From the NCBI GenBank assembly GCA_964383705.1, contig CAYLHJ010000003.1:361-64360 (forward strand): a stretch of DNA of 64,000 nt. Direction: 5' to 3'. The translations under genes and the position numbers were made by a program. Below the pieces are notes generated by a model. The model did not search any database and was not told where the DNA came from. It was given only the letters and a program-made list of their open reading frames with translations. Source of the stretch: an uncultured Candidatus Saccharibacteria bacterium (GTDB taxonomy: Bacteria; Patescibacteriota; Minisyncoccia; Phycocordibacterales; Zambryskibacteraceae). Shown here piece after piece: positions 8,680 to 18,728 of this stretch. Each line of letters opens with the position of its first letter. Position 1 is the stretch's first letter.

Positions 8680-9265
8680 GTGTCCACGGGATAGGAAAAG
8701 ATTCGAATTGCTTAAACAAAATTTTATCATACATCATCCGTGAAAAAGCTTCCGCCTCCCAAATAGCGCCGTTAATAGCTGTATGTGGCTTTGGTTCAGC
8801 ATTAATGCCGACATATTCCATAATTTTATCTGAATCAATTCTGGTTTTACGATTAAGAATTGGTGGCTCAATTCCTCTCCTGATCATGTGAAAATATGTA
8901 ACCGAGTGAAGATCAACAATTCTAAATGATAAAGGTGAGAATATCCCCACCCTCAACAGCGCAGAATTAATCATGGAAACATCAAAAGAAACATTTTGTC
9001 CGGCTATAACCATATCATCTCTGTTTTCTAACCAATCAATAAATAGCTTGGCTATCTCCCCTTCACCCTTTTTGCGAGGATCCTTAATCTGAGCTTCTGT
9101 AAATCCGTTTATCTGAAGTGCGGCGGGGTTAATTTCAGCCTGATCCCAGATCTTACACTCTTCAAAAAATTGCTTTTCTGGATGAGCAAAATCAATGGCC
9201 CCAATACTTACAATAGAATTTTTTTCTGGACTTATCCCGGTTGTTTCTACATCTAAAATAATCAT
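8669..9265 (-). CDS. DEDDh 3'-5' exonuclease (DnaQ/RNase T-like)
   Basis: LDVETTG, GQNVSFD, VDLHS, PHTAINGA motifs. Confidence 0.9.
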   Translation of the reverse strand: MIILDVETTGISPEKNSIVSIGAIDFAHPEKQFFEECKIWDQAEINPAALQINGFTEAQIKDPRKKGEGEIAKLFIDWLENRDDMVIAGQNVSFDVSMINSALLRVGIFSPLSFRIVDLHSVTYFHMIRRGIEPPILNRKTRIDSDKIMEYVGINAEPKPHTAINGAIWEAEAFSRMMYDKILFKQFESFPIPWTQNT

Positions 9266-9271
9266 TTTGTT

Positions 9272-9748
9272 TTATTTTAATCCTTTGCAATTTGCAGCCG
9301 GAGTATATCCAGCCTTTCTTGCTTCCTCCGAAGAGTCAAAAAATATCTTATTTTCATCTAATATTCTTTTTGCCCCAGCACACCATGGGAAATGGTATTT
9401 TGTTCCACTTTTGGAAGCAACCACCACATCAGAATTACTGTTCGTTACTCCCTTAACTTCACTTGTTAAACCTTTGCCAAACTCATTTTGAGAAAAATTT
9501 GTGTTTACCGGAGACAAATTTTCGCCATTTCCTCTGATGACAACTGGAGTTTTTTCTTCCAATCGGATCATTCTCCCAAATCCAAATGAGGCAGTAGCAA
9601 CCAAAAACAGAATGATTACCTTTAAAATTAGGTCTTTTGGGGGGAAAATGGTCTTTCCTTTTGGGACAATCTCAAACTCCTCCTCAAAGATTGGATTCTT
9701 CTCAAAAGACTTGATTTCTTCCTTATTTTCTTTTATACTTATACCCAC
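9272..9748 (-). CDS. membrane-anchored protein with a C-terminal Ada metal-binding-like domain
   Basis: Single TM then VASKSGTKYHFPWC...FDSSEEARKAGYTPAANC. GTG start at 9748 chosen because the longer track ORF overlaps rpmA. Confidence 0.75.
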   Translation of the reverse strand: MGISIKENKEEIKSFEKNPIFEEEFEIVPKGKTIFPPKDLILKVIILFLVATASFGFGRMIRLEEKTPVVIRGNGENLSPVNTNFSQNEFGKGLTSEVKGVTNSNSDVVVASKSGTKYHFPWCAGAKRILDENKIFFDSSEEARKAGYTPAANCKGLK

Positions 9749-9782
9749 TTGTTTATTGTAGCAAGTAGAACAATCTAAAACT

Positions 9783-10055
9783 ATGGCAACCAAAAAAGCG
9801 GGCGGATCGTCAAAAAACGGAAGAGATTCCAATCCTAAATACCTCGGTATAAAGATAACTGCGGGTGATTTTGCATCACTTGGTTCAGTTCTTGTGCGCC
9901 AGAGAGGTAGTGATGTTCTACCGGGTAAAAATGTGGGAATCGGAAAAGACCACACACTCTTCGCACTTAAAGAGGGTGTTGTTCAAATGGGCAGAAAGAG
10001 AAAGACTCACTTCGACAATAGCACCATCATCAAAAAGGTTATACATGTGATCTAA
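9783..10055 (+). CDS. rpmA: 50S ribosomal protein L27
   Basis: [16 protein letters not shown]...LVRQRG...GKDHTLFAL. Confidence 0.98.
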   Translation: MATKKAGGSSKNGRDSNPKYLGIKITAGDFASLGSVLVRQRGSDVLPGKNVGIGKDHTLFALKEGVVQMGRKRKTHFDNSTIIKKVIHVI

Positions 10056-10056
10056 T

Positions 10057-10084
10057 AAAAACACCGGCTTAAGCCGGTGTTTTT
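10057..10084. terminator. bidirectional terminator between rpmA and rplI
   Basis: AAAAACACCGGCTTAAGCCGGTGTTTTT perfect inverted repeat. Confidence 0.85.
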
Positions 10085-10526
10085 ATTTTGCTTTTACAAT
10101 AAGCTTAAATTTGGCTATTTTTTCTTGAACCTTTACTTCCACTTCATGCTCGCCCACTTCTTTAATCGGTTTTTCAAGAATAATGAATTCTGGGAGGATA
10201 TCTAATCGTGTCTGTTCTTTTATAACTGGGATTAACTCTTCTTTGTGTATTCCAGCAAATAAATGCCCTTTATCATTAGCCTTTTCCTCCATTTCAATTA
10301 CAAGACCAGAAATATCATTCAAATTCTTTAATAAAAGGTCTTCTCTTATTGCCCTTTCGCCAGCCTCTTTTTCCTTTTGCTTCTCAGATTTTTTTACATT
10401 ACCTGGAGAAGCGATTTCTGCTAAATGATTGGGAATAAGAAAATTCGTGGCATATCCATCAGACACATCTTTGATTTCATGTTTTTTGCCGATTTTTGAA
10501 ACATTCTTTAAAAGGATAACTTTCAT
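10083..10526 (-). CDS. rplI: 50S ribosomal protein L9
   Basis: [15 protein letters not shown]...[12 protein letters not shown]; GHLFAGI; PIKEVGEH. Confidence 0.97.
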   Translation of the reverse strand: MKVILLKNVSKIGKKHEIKDVSDGYATNFLIPNHLAEIASPGNVKKSEKQKEKEAGERAIREDLLLKNLNDISGLVIEMEEKANDKGHLFAGIHKEELIPVIKEQTRLDILPEFIILEKPIKEVGEHEVEVKVQEKIAKFKLIVKAK

Positions 10527-10599
10527 GTAAATCTGTTTATGATTGTGTAATGAGGTTATATACTACTCAATTTTACTTTTTTGTCTAATTACATTATTT

Positions 10600-11823
10600 C
10601 TACCAATTTAGAAGAGTTTCTATGGCCTTTTCTTTTTGAGCATCTTTTCCTTTAGCAAGATCTTCCTTTGTATTCTTGACTTCAATATCCGGCTTAACCC
10701 CATCCTCTGAAATAGATATTCCAAGTGGAGTAAGCCATCTAGCTATTGTCACTTTTAGCGATGTCTCTGGAGTTATATTTATTAGCTCTTGAACTGACCC
10801 CTTTCCGAAACTTCTCTCCCCAACCACCTTAGCAATATTGTGCTCTTGAAGAGCTCCGGCAAGAATTTCTGAGGCTGAGGCAGAGCCCCCATTAATCAAA
10901 ATCACTAATTTTAATTTATCATTGAAAACATTGTAACCGCGACTTCGATAGATTGTTTCTTCCTGTTGGTCGCCAAAATCTTCCCGAACAATCACTTTAC
11001 CCGGTGGCAAGAACCAACTTGCCATATCTATTGAGGCCTCAAGATACCCGCCAGGATTTCCTCGAAGGTCGATAATAAGCTTGTCTGTACGTGATTCTAT
11101 AAACTCTCTCAGCGCTTTTCTAAATAAAGTTGGTGAATTTGCTGAAAAACTATAAAGTTCAATTACAAAAACTTTATTTGGAAGAAGTTCAGTATTAATG
11201 GTTGGAATATTAATAACATCTCGAACAACTGAAACTTTGATTGGCTCTTCTTCACCCTCACGAACAATAGTGAGCTTAACTGCAGTCCCCTTTTTACCAC
11301 GAATAAGTGATACAGATTCATCAGTTGAAAGGTTGTATGTCGGAGTATCCTCAATTTCAATGATTTTGTCTCCAGAAAGAATCCCAGCATTATACGCTGG
11401 CGTCCCTTTAATTGGGGAAATAACCGTAAGAGTTCCGTCCCTTTGGCCAATTTCCATACCCACTCCTTCAAAATTACCTCGGACATCACTTTGGAAAAGC
11501 TCATTTTCAACCGGAGGAAGAAATTGAGTATATGGATCGTCTAAAGAATTGGCTAATCCTTCTATTGCCCCCCAGACCTTTTCCTGATCTGTAACCGAAT
11601 CTGTTGTGGTAGCGGGCACAAATTTTTCATTAAGAATATTCCACGCTTTCCAAAAAGGAGAAAAGTCAACACCATTTGGTTGACCCAACTCTTTATTATC
11701 TAAGCTTGAAACTTCGGCCTTATTTTTATTTTTCCCCTCCCCAACAGAAACACCGGTATAAAACGAAGCTAAGATAATCAAAACGAGTACGGCTACAGAA
11801 AGGTTCTTTGAGTAAGTTTTCAT
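10600..11823 (-). CDS. ctpA: carboxyl-terminal processing protease (S41, PDZ)
   Basis: LDDPYT, GVGMEI (PDZ), DLRGNPGG, SASASEI, SFGKGSVQ. Confidence 0.95.
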   Translation of the reverse strand: MKTYSKNLSVAVLVLIILASFYTGVSVGEGKNKNKAEVSSLDNKELGQPNGVDFSPFWKAWNILNEKFVPATTTDSVTDQEKVWGAIEGLANSLDDPYTQFLPPVENELFQSDVRGNFEGVGMEIGQRDGTLTVISPIKGTPAYNAGILSGDKIIEIEDTPTYNLSTDESVSLIRGKKGTAVKLTIVREGEEEPIKVSVVRDVINIPTINTELLPNKVFVIELYSFSANSPTLFRKALREFIESRTDKLIIDLRGNPGGYLEASIDMASWFLPPGKVIVREDFGDQQEETIYRSRGYNVFNDKLKLVILINGGSASASEILAGALQEHNIAKVVGERSFGKGSVQELINITPETSLKVTIARWLTPLGISISEDGVKPDIEVKNTKEDLAKGKDAQKEKAIETLLNW

Positions 11824-11902
11824 GAATACCTGCCATTATCTCAAAGAAATGCCCCAGTAGTCAAAGTTTAAATAAGCTGTGTTATAATTTTCACAACTTA
11901 GT

Positions 11903-12820
11903 ATGATAAACCGTTATAAATACAAAGATACCGTTTGGGTAGATATCACCAATCCTACAGATGACGAGGTTTCAGTAGTTGTCGAAGAATTCGGCATCAA
12001 TCACTCAGTCAAGAAAGAACTCGTCTCGCCATCGGTTAAATCGAGAGTAGAAATACACAAGGATTACATTTATTTGATTCTTCATTTCCCATCTTTTAAA
12101 CACAGTCATTCTGAAGAAAGTAACAGACAGGAAATAGATTTTGTCATCGGTAAAGATTTTCTAATCACAACCCGATATGAAACCATAGACGCGGTGGATA
12201 AATTCTCAAAAATCGTCGAGGTAAATACCATACTCGATAGGGGTTTTAAAGAAAATTGCACCGGCATCTTATTCTTTGGTGTCCTGCAAGAAATCTATCA
12301 ATCTCTTTTCAATGAAATGGAGTATATTGAGGGTACACTCATGAAGATTGAGGAAAATATCTTCGCCGGAAAAGAGAAAGAAATGGTCCTCGCCCTTTCA
12401 GAAGCAAGTCGAACCCTTCTTAATTTTAAAAAAGCAACCGATTTCCACAAAGAAGTATTGGAATCACTCGACAGGTATGGCAAAGAAATATTTGACGACC
12501 ACTTCTCATATCACACCAGAAGTATCTTGGATGAATACTTTAAAGTAAACAGTGCGATAAAAAACAATATGGAGTTTGTCGCTGAACTACGGGAAACGAA
12601 CAATTCTCTCCTTTCAAGCAAGCAAAATGAGATAATGAAAATCCTCACTATTATTACCTTTATTGTTTCGCCACTAGCCCTCATCGCTTCCCTTTTTCAA
12701 ATCGATACGGCCTCAAGACCACTTATTGGCTCACCAAATGATTTTTGGATAATTGTTGGTGCCATGGTTGTAATCAGCGTTAGTATGTATATTCTATTTA
12801 AATTCAAAAAGTGGCTTTAG
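11903..12820 (+). CDS. corA: CorA-family divalent cation transporter
   Basis: WVDITNP, QNEIMKILTIIT and two C-terminal TMs; the GMN signature is replaced by QID. Confidence 0.85.
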   Translation: MINRYKYKDTVWVDITNPTDDEVSVVVEEFGINHSVKKELVSPSVKSRVEIHKDYIYLILHFPSFKHSHSEESNRQEIDFVIGKDFLITTRYETIDAVDKFSKIVEVNTILDRGFKENCTGILFFGVLQEIYQSLFNEMEYIEGTLMKIEENIFAGKEKEMVLALSEASRTLLNFKKATDFHKEVLESLDRYGKEIFDDHFSYHTRSILDEYFKVNSAIKNNMEFVAELRETNNSLLSSKQNEIMKILTIITFIVSPLALIASLFQIDTASRPLIGSPNDFWIIVGAMVVISVSMYILFKFKKWL

Positions 12821-12826
12821 AAACAA

Positions 12827-14221
12827 ATGCTTCGCCTGAAAAATACGCTCACAGAAAAGGTAGAGAATTTTAAACCGATACAGGAAGGAAAGGTCGGAAT
12901 GTATAACTGCGGGCCAACTGTTTATGATGATGTGCATATCGGCAATCTTCGGTCTTTTGTTATGGCCGATCTTATTCGCCGAACTCTTGAATTTAGCGGT
13001 TACAAGGTCACCCAAGTAATGAATATAACCGATATAGGCCATCTCTCAGGAGACAATGATAGCGGTGAAGACAAAATGACAAAAGGGTTAAAAAGAGAGG
13101 GAAAGCCTTTGACACTTGAAGCCATGAAAGAACTTGCTGATTTTTACGCAAATCGTTTTAAGAAAGACCTAGAAAAATTAAACATCAAAACCCCCCATCA
13201 TTTCCCTAAAGCAAGCGAGCATGTTAAGGAAGATGTCGAGCTTATAAAAATTTTGGAAGAAAAAGGATTTACTTATAAAACCAAAGACGGAATATACTTT
13301 GATACGACAAAAGATGAATCTTATGGACAGCTGGGCGGTATTAACTCAGAAGGAAAAGATGTTAGAGCGAGAATCTCAACAAACAATGAAAAACAAAACC
13401 AAAGAGATTTTGCTCTCTGGAAATTTAATGAAAATATTGGCTTTGAAAGCCCTTGGGGAAAAGGATTTCCTGGTTGGCATATTGAATGCTCGGCAATGTC
13501 ACGAAAATATCTGGGAGATCATTTTGATATTCATACTGGGGGCATTGATCTTGCATCCATCCATCACAATAATGAAATTGCACAATCACAAAATGCTTGC
13601 AGTTGCCAATTTGTAAATTACTGGGTTCACAATGCATTTGTGAATGTCACAGACGGCAAAATGGCAAAATCAGAAGGAAATACCCTAACCCTTGATGCCC
13701 TTACTTCAAAAGGAATTAATCCCCTCTCATATAGATACTGGCTCTTACAAGCACATTATAGTTCTCCTATAAATTTCACTTGGGAAGCAATAGAGGGGTC
13801 TCAAAATGGATACAAAAATCTTGCAACACAGATAAAAAATCTCGGAAAAGATATTGGAACAATTGATCCTAAATACAGAGATGAATTTACAGAAATAATC
13901 CAAAATGACATAGATACCCCGCAAGCCATAGCTCTTGTGTGGAAATTACTAAAAGATGACAGCGTGCCTAATCCGGATAAAAAAGCAACTATTTTGTATT
14001 TTGATAAAGTCTTTGGGCTGGATCTTGATAATTCAGAAATTAATAATTCTGAAATATCATTTTCTGAATTACCGGAAGATATAAAAGAGTTGATAAAAGA
14101 AAGAGAAATTCATAGAAAATCAAAAGATTGGGAAAAATCTGATTCTCTTCGAAAAGAAATCGCAAAAAGGGGCTATGAGCTTAAAGATACTGGAGAGGGG
14201 GTAAAAATACTCTCTATTTAG
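12827..14221 (+). CDS. cysS: cysteine--tRNA ligase
   Basis: YNCGPTVY, HIGN, PGWHIECS, KMAKS. Confidence 0.98.
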   Translation: MLRLKNTLTEKVENFKPIQEGKVGMYNCGPTVYDDVHIGNLRSFVMADLIRRTLEFSGYKVTQVMNITDIGHLSGDNDSGEDKMTKGLKREGKPLTLEAMKELADFYANRFKKDLEKLNIKTPHHFPKASEHVKEDVELIKILEEKGFTYKTKDGIYFDTTKDESYGQLGGINSEGKDVRARISTNNEKQNQRDFALWKFNENIGFESPWGKGFPGWHIECSAMSRKYLGDHFDIHTGGIDLASIHHNNEIAQSQNACSCQFVNYWVHNAFVNVTDGKMAKSEGNTLTLDALTSKGINPLSYRYWLLQAHYSSPINFTWEAIEGSQNGYKNLATQIKNLGKDIGTIDPKYRDEFTEIIQNDIDTPQAIALVWKLLKDDSVPNPDKKATILYFDKVFGLDLDNSEINNSEISFSELPEDIKELIKEREIHRKSKDWEKSDSLRKEIAKRGYELKDTGEGVKILSI

Positions 14222-14353
14222 CACCATAAAATATTTATTAAAATCTGTAAATCGCATTAATCAGGGCTTTATAACTACTTTTTTACTCTCCACATCTTAG
14301 CCACAGCTTTTTCCTAAGATTTTCTTTCTGTTCTATTTTGCCTTCATGGTAAT

Positions 14354-15748
14354 ATGTCTTTCATGGCAGACAAAATCATCCGCGACAAAGTCCGCATCCC
14401 ACCACAAAGTATTGAAGCTGAGGTGGCTCTTCTTGGATCAATAATGCTTCGACCCGAAGCCATATACGAAATTGTTGATCTCATAAATACCCAGTCATTC
14501 TATGCAGAAAAACATGCAATTATTTTCGAAACAATGCTCGAACTTTTTTCTAAACGAAACCCCATCGACCTGCTTTCCCTTTCTTCACGACTTAAAGAAA
14601 AGGGTCTTCTTGACCAGGTTGGCGGTGCAAGCTATTTAACTGAACTTGTAAACACCGTCCCCTCATCAGCCAATATCAAGCATTATGGAGAGATTGTCCA
14701 AAAAAAAGCCATGATGCGTCGATTAATTGATGCTTCAGAGTTTATTTCTCATATTGGATTTGATGACGCACACGATTTGGAAGAAGCATTAGATAAGGCA
14801 GAAAAAAAGATTTACGAAGTGACCAATGTTGGAACAACACATAAATTTGTTCATATGAAAGACGAACTTGTCGGAGCGTGGGAGCGTCTTGACCACCTAC
14901 ACAACAGTAAAGGTGAGATGCGTGGAATACCTACCGGGTTTACCGATATAGATAATAGACTTGCAGGTCTTCAAAAAGCCGACCTTATTATTCTCGCAGC
15001 GCGACCTTCAATGGGAAAAACCGCACTCGCTTTAGATATTGCGCGACAAGCGGCTGTAAATCACAATGTTCCTGTTGGAATTTTTTCTTTGGAAATGAGC
15101 TCACAACAATTGGTTGACCGCATGCTCGCATCACAATCAAATGTAGACGCTTGGAAGTTAAGAACTGGGAGACTTACAAGAGAAGAAGATTTCGATGCGC
15201 TCAGACATTCCTTGGACAAACTCTCACAAGCCCCGATCTATATCGATGATCAACCAGGAAATAATATTTTAAAAATGCGATCTGTCGCAAGAAGATTGAA
15301 AAGTGAAAAAGGTCTTGGTCTTATAGTAGTTGACTACCTTCAGCTCATGCTCCCGACCCATACAAAATCAAGTGATAATCTGGTTCAGCAAGTAACGGAA
15401 ATCTCTCGATCACTTAAAAATCTGGCCCGCGAATTAGATATTCCAGTTCTTGCCCTTTCTCAACTCTCTAGAGCGGTTGAACAGCGTGATGGAAACCGTC
15501 CCCGCCTTTCTGATCTGAGAGATTCCGGCTCAATTGAGCAAGATGCGGACGTAGTAATGTTTATCCATCGAAAAGATAAATACAAAGAGGAATCCGAAAG
15601 AACAAATATCGCCGAAATACTTATTGAAAAGCATAGGAATGGAGAAACGGGAACTGTAAATCTTTACTTTAATGAGAAGAAGGTCACTTTCCAAAATATG
15701 GAAAAAGGTGAATTTACGGGGGCAGAAAAAGAACTGAATGAATTCTAA
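14354..15748 (+). CDS. dnaB: replicative DNA helicase
   Basis: PPQSIEAE, AARPSMGKT, VDYLQL, SQLSRAVE, DLRDSGSIEQDAD. Confidence 0.98.
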   Translation: MSFMADKIIRDKVRIPPQSIEAEVALLGSIMLRPEAIYEIVDLINTQSFYAEKHAIIFETMLELFSKRNPIDLLSLSSRLKEKGLLDQVGGASYLTELVNTVPSSANIKHYGEIVQKKAMMRRLIDASEFISHIGFDDAHDLEEALDKAEKKIYEVTNVGTTHKFVHMKDELVGAWERLDHLHNSKGEMRGIPTGFTDIDNRLAGLQKADLIILAARPSMGKTALALDIARQAAVNHNVPVGIFSLEMSSQQLVDRMLASQSNVDAWKLRTGRLTREEDFDALRHSLDKLSQAPIYIDDQPGNNILKMRSVARRLKSEKGLGLIVVDYLQLMLPTHTKSSDNLVQQVTEISRSLKNLARELDIPVLALSQLSRAVEQRDGNRPRLSDLRDSGSIEQDADVVMFIHRKDKYKEESERTNIAEILIEKHRNGETGTVNLYFNEKKVTFQNMEKGEFTGAEKELNEF

Positions 15749-15763
15749 TGATGATTAAAAGAT

Positions 15764-16375
15764 ATGAATGCTGTTCAAAAGCTTATTGAGATGTTTTCAG
15801 ATTTCCCTGGTATCGGCCCAAGACAAGCAAAGCGCTTTGTCTATTTTCTTTTGAATCGCAATGGTACCTATATAGAAGAATTTATTACTCTAATAAATGA
15901 ACTCAAAAAAGAAACCGCGCTTTGCAATTCTTGTTATCGACACTTCACGAAAAACAAAGATACAAATAAAAATTGCCCTATATGCTTAGACCCAAAAAGA
16001 AAGAAAGAAAAACTTATGGTTGTTGCCAGGGAAGTTGATTTTGAAAATATTGAAAAAACCGGAATATATGACGGAATTTACTTCATACTGGGGGGCAATA
16101 TCCCAATCCTTGAGAAAGACCCCATCAAAAAGGTGCGCATTAGAGAACTCCAGAAAAAAGTGACAGATAGTTCAATTTCAGAAATTACTTTAGCAATGAA
16201 TGCAAACCCGGAAGGAGAGAATACGGAAGAAATACTCCGTGAAGAATTAAAGAAGGTAAGCCAAGACAAAAACATAAAAATACTCACGCTTGGTCGTGGG
16301 CTTTCAACTGGAGTTGAACTTGAATATTCAGATAGCGAAACTATTAAAAACGCCTTCAAAAACCGAACAGATTAA
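15764..16375 (+). CDS. recR: recombination mediator RecR
   Basis: PGIGPRQAKR HhH, C4 zinc finger, TOPRIM NPEGE, LEYSD. Confidence 0.95.
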   Translation: MNAVQKLIEMFSDFPGIGPRQAKRFVYFLLNRNGTYIEEFITLINELKKETALCNSCYRHFTKNKDTNKNCPICLDPKRKKEKLMVVAREVDFENIEKTGIYDGIYFILGGNIPILEKDPIKKVRIRELQKKVTDSSISEITLAMNANPEGENTEEILREELKKVSQDKNIKILTLGRGLSTGVELEYSDSETIKNAFKNRTD

Positions 16376-16383
16376 ATAAATAA

Positions 16384-16764
16384 TTATTTTATTGAATCAA
16401 TAGTAACTTCAAAGTATGGCTGTCGATGACCATTCTTTTTGAAGTACCGGCTTTTCTGCTTGTACTTAATAACTGTAACTGTAGGATATCTGCCAATCTT
16501 AGTGAGACTGCCCTCAACTTTTGCTCCACCAATATATGGGTCACCAATGGTAGTATTTGAACCATCATCAACTAGAAGCACCTGATCAAAGACCATACGA
16601 TCTCCTTCCTTGAAAGACCCCTCTATTTTTTCGATCTTTATCTTTTCCCCTTGGGCAACCTTATATTGCTTGCCGCCGGTCGCAATAACAGCAAACAAGT
16701 CGCTCTTGCTTTGCTTTTCGGCTCTCGGCTTCTGGGTTTTTTTGGCTTCTGCTGTTTTAGGCAT
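16384..16764 (-). CDS. rplU: 50S ribosomal protein L21
   Basis: FAVIATGGKQYKV...GHRQPYF; short N-terminal extension. Confidence 0.96.
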   Translation of the reverse strand: MPKTAEAKKTQKPRAEKQSKSDLFAVIATGGKQYKVAQGEKIKIEKIEGSFKEGDRMVFDQVLLVDDGSNTTIGDPYIGGAKVEGSLTKIGRYPTVTVIKYKQKSRYFKKNGHRQPYFEVTIDSIK

Positions 16765-16801
16765 AACGGGTATCATTCTATACAAAAAACATAAAAAGAC
16801 A

Positions 16802-16827
16802 AGCGCCTAACGTTTCCGTCAGGCGCT
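16802..16827 (-). terminator. intrinsic terminator
   Basis: Minus strand AGCGCCTGACG-GAAA-CGTTAGGCGCT then a T-rich tract. Confidence 0.7.
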
Positions 16828-16836
16828 GGAACGAGA

Positions 16837-16968
16837 TCACCTCCCAGGGTTCCGTGTCTCGAGGGTCGACTGAGAGAAACTGGGTTCATTGTACCCACCA
16901 GCGCGAGTGCCTCCGCCATACCGGCCCCTGATCCTAGTCCGATCCCTGGAAAGTGCTGATCTTTTCAT
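16837..16968 (-). CDS. 43-aa Arg/Gly-rich small protein (absent from the ORF track)
   Basis: MKRSALSRDRTRIRGRYGGGTRAGGYNEPSFSQSTLETRNPGR; AGGAGG SD 5 nt before ATG; own terminator. Confidence 0.5.
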   Translation of the reverse strand: MKRSALSRDRTRIRGRYGGGTRAGGYNEPSFSQSTLETRNPGR

Positions 16969-17026
16969 CACATCCTCCTATTGTTGAGGGTGTAATTAAA
17001 GTATACAGCTCTATCTGGCAATTTAA

Positions 17027-18088
17027 CTATTCTATATCCCCAGCCGGCTTATCAATTTGAATGGACTCTATGTCTAGCTTCTCTCCCGTGATACGCATAA
17101 CATCTTTATCAATCTTAACAAGTTCTTTTCGCGAAGAATTAAAGTGACTAACAGTTGTAGAAAGAGAGGCGCCAAGCTTGCTGTGATAGGTTTCGTATGA
17201 GGCCAAATGTTTGCCCAGCTCATCTACCCTTTTTATTATATTCTTGGCTTCTTCTTCAATCTTAAGCGCCTTCAACCCCTGCATAACTGTTTGAAGATAA
17301 GCCAGAAATGAAGTTGGAGAAACAATAATAACGCGGTATTTATTGGCCGCGCGTTGAATAAGATTCTCAGTATCTTCTCCCCTGACTTCACCAATTTTAT
17401 TTACCAAAAGATCGTAATATATTGCTTCGTGCGGAATAAACATAAAAGCGAAATCTGTTGTCCCTTCTTCGGGACGAATGTATTTAGCAGTTTCTTGAAT
17501 ACGAAGTTTTAAATCATTCACAAAGACTTTTTCAAGGCGTTCTCGTTCTGATTGATTTTTTTCATCAGTAATACGATTATAGTTTTCAAGAGAAAACTTT
17601 GAGTCGACAGGAATAATATAATCCTTAACCTTCACGATGGCGTCCACAATATTCCCGTCTTTAAAAGCGTATTGCATTTCATAGCTTCCGGGAGGTAAGA
17701 CATTTTTTAAAAGAGTTTCAAGATAATATTCTCCCAAAATACCTCTCTGCTTCGGGTTTTTTAAAATGTCCTGAAGAGATTGTAATTGGTCCGCGAACCC
17801 CATTATCTGTTTACCCGTTTCATCAACGCGCGTTAGTCGCTCCGTAATATCGCGAATAAGTTTTTGCGATTCTGTAAATTGTAACCGAACAGAATCATGC
17901 ATCTCTTTTGAAGATTCGCCTATTTTTTTATCGAGAGTGCGAGTTAATTCATTTAACTGATTCTGGACAAATAGAAGCCCTTCAGAACCATTTTTCTCTC
18001 CCCCGCTATTGCGAAATAATCGCCACAAAATAACAGCGTTTAACAAAAGAATAACAGCGATTATAAAATAAAATACTAGGCTTTCCAT
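17027..18088 (-). CDS. rmuC: DNA recombination protein RmuC
   Basis: N-terminal TM and coiled coil, KQRGILGE, VDSKF, TTDFAFMFIP, VSPTS. Confidence 0.93.
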   Translation of the reverse strand: MESLVFYFIIAVILLLNAVILWRLFRNSGGEKNGSEGLLFVQNQLNELTRTLDKKIGESSKEMHDSVRLQFTESQKLIRDITERLTRVDETGKQIMGFADQLQSLQDILKNPKQRGILGEYYLETLLKNVLPPGSYEMQYAFKDGNIVDAIVKVKDYIIPVDSKFSLENYNRITDEKNQSERERLEKVFVNDLKLRIQETAKYIRPEEGTTDFAFMFIPHEAIYYDLLVNKIGEVRGEDTENLIQRAANKYRVIIVSPTSFLAYLQTVMQGLKALKIEEEAKNIIKRVDELGKHLASYETYHSKLGASLSTTVSHFNSSRKELVKIDKDVMRITGEKLDIESIQIDKPAGDIE

Positions 18089-18163
18089 GTAGTGAAACTA
18101 TTATAACAAGAATATCTTTTCTCTTATACAGGCCATTTTTAGGGCTATTGGTTTTCTCAAAAA

Positions 18164-18634
18164 ATGATTATAATGATTGAAATGCTACATCAAAAAATAA
18201 AAGAGGAAATAAAAGAGGCAATGCTTGCAAAGGACGCTGTGAGGCTTGGCACTATGCGAGGCCTTGTCGCCGCTTTTACAAACGAGCTTGTCGCCAAACG
18301 CCGAAAGCCACAAGAAGAGTTAAGTGATGAGGAGGCTCTCGATGTAATTCGTCGTGGGGTTAAACAACGCAAAGACTCTATTGAGCAATTTAGAAAAGGA
18401 AACCGAGAAGACCTGGCCCAAAGTGAAGAAGCTGAAATGAAAATCTTGGAATCATACTTGCCACAAATGATGGGAAGAGATGAAGTGCTGAAAGTGGCTA
18501 TCGCCAAAAAAGAAGAGTTAGGAATCACTGATAAATCAAAAATGGGAATGTTTATGGGTACCCTGATGAAAGAACTAAAAGGAAAAGCTGATGGTGATGT
18601 GGTGAAATCTGTTGTCGAAGAGGTTTTGCAATAA
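18164..18634 (+). CDS. GatB/YqeY domain protein
   Basis: KEAMLAKD, KQRKDSIEQF, YLPQ, MG..M..LKGKADG. Confidence 0.92.
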   Translation: MIIMIEMLHQKIKEEIKEAMLAKDAVRLGTMRGLVAAFTNELVAKRRKPQEELSDEEALDVIRRGVKQRKDSIEQFRKGNREDLAQSEEAEMKILESYLPQMMGRDEVLKVAIAKKEELGITDKSKMGMFMGTLMKELKGKADGDVVKSVVEEVLQ

Positions 18635-18649
18635 TACAATTTTCGTCTA

Positions 18650-18678
18650 TTGACTTTTTACCTTAATAGTGATATTAT
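18650..18678 (+). promoter_or_regulatory. sigma70 promoter of the orphan ORF
   Basis: TTGACT, 17 nt, TATTAT with extended TG. Confidence 0.6.
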
Positions 18679-18728
18679 TAAGGTAGAAGATCATTTAATA
18701 CTTCGTCCCTTCTCACGCTGGAGGCTTG

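Noticed and set aside
9749-9955. N-terminal extension of the 227-aa track ORF
   Set aside because: Overlaps rpmA in antisense; the real start is probably GTG at 9748
14281-14310. DnaA-box-like words (TTAGCCACA upstream of dnaB; also TTATCCCCA at 1104-1112 and TTATCCACT at 39107-39115) as an origin
   Set aside because: Isolated, mismatched single boxes with no cluster and no dnaA; they could be regulatory but cannot be supported
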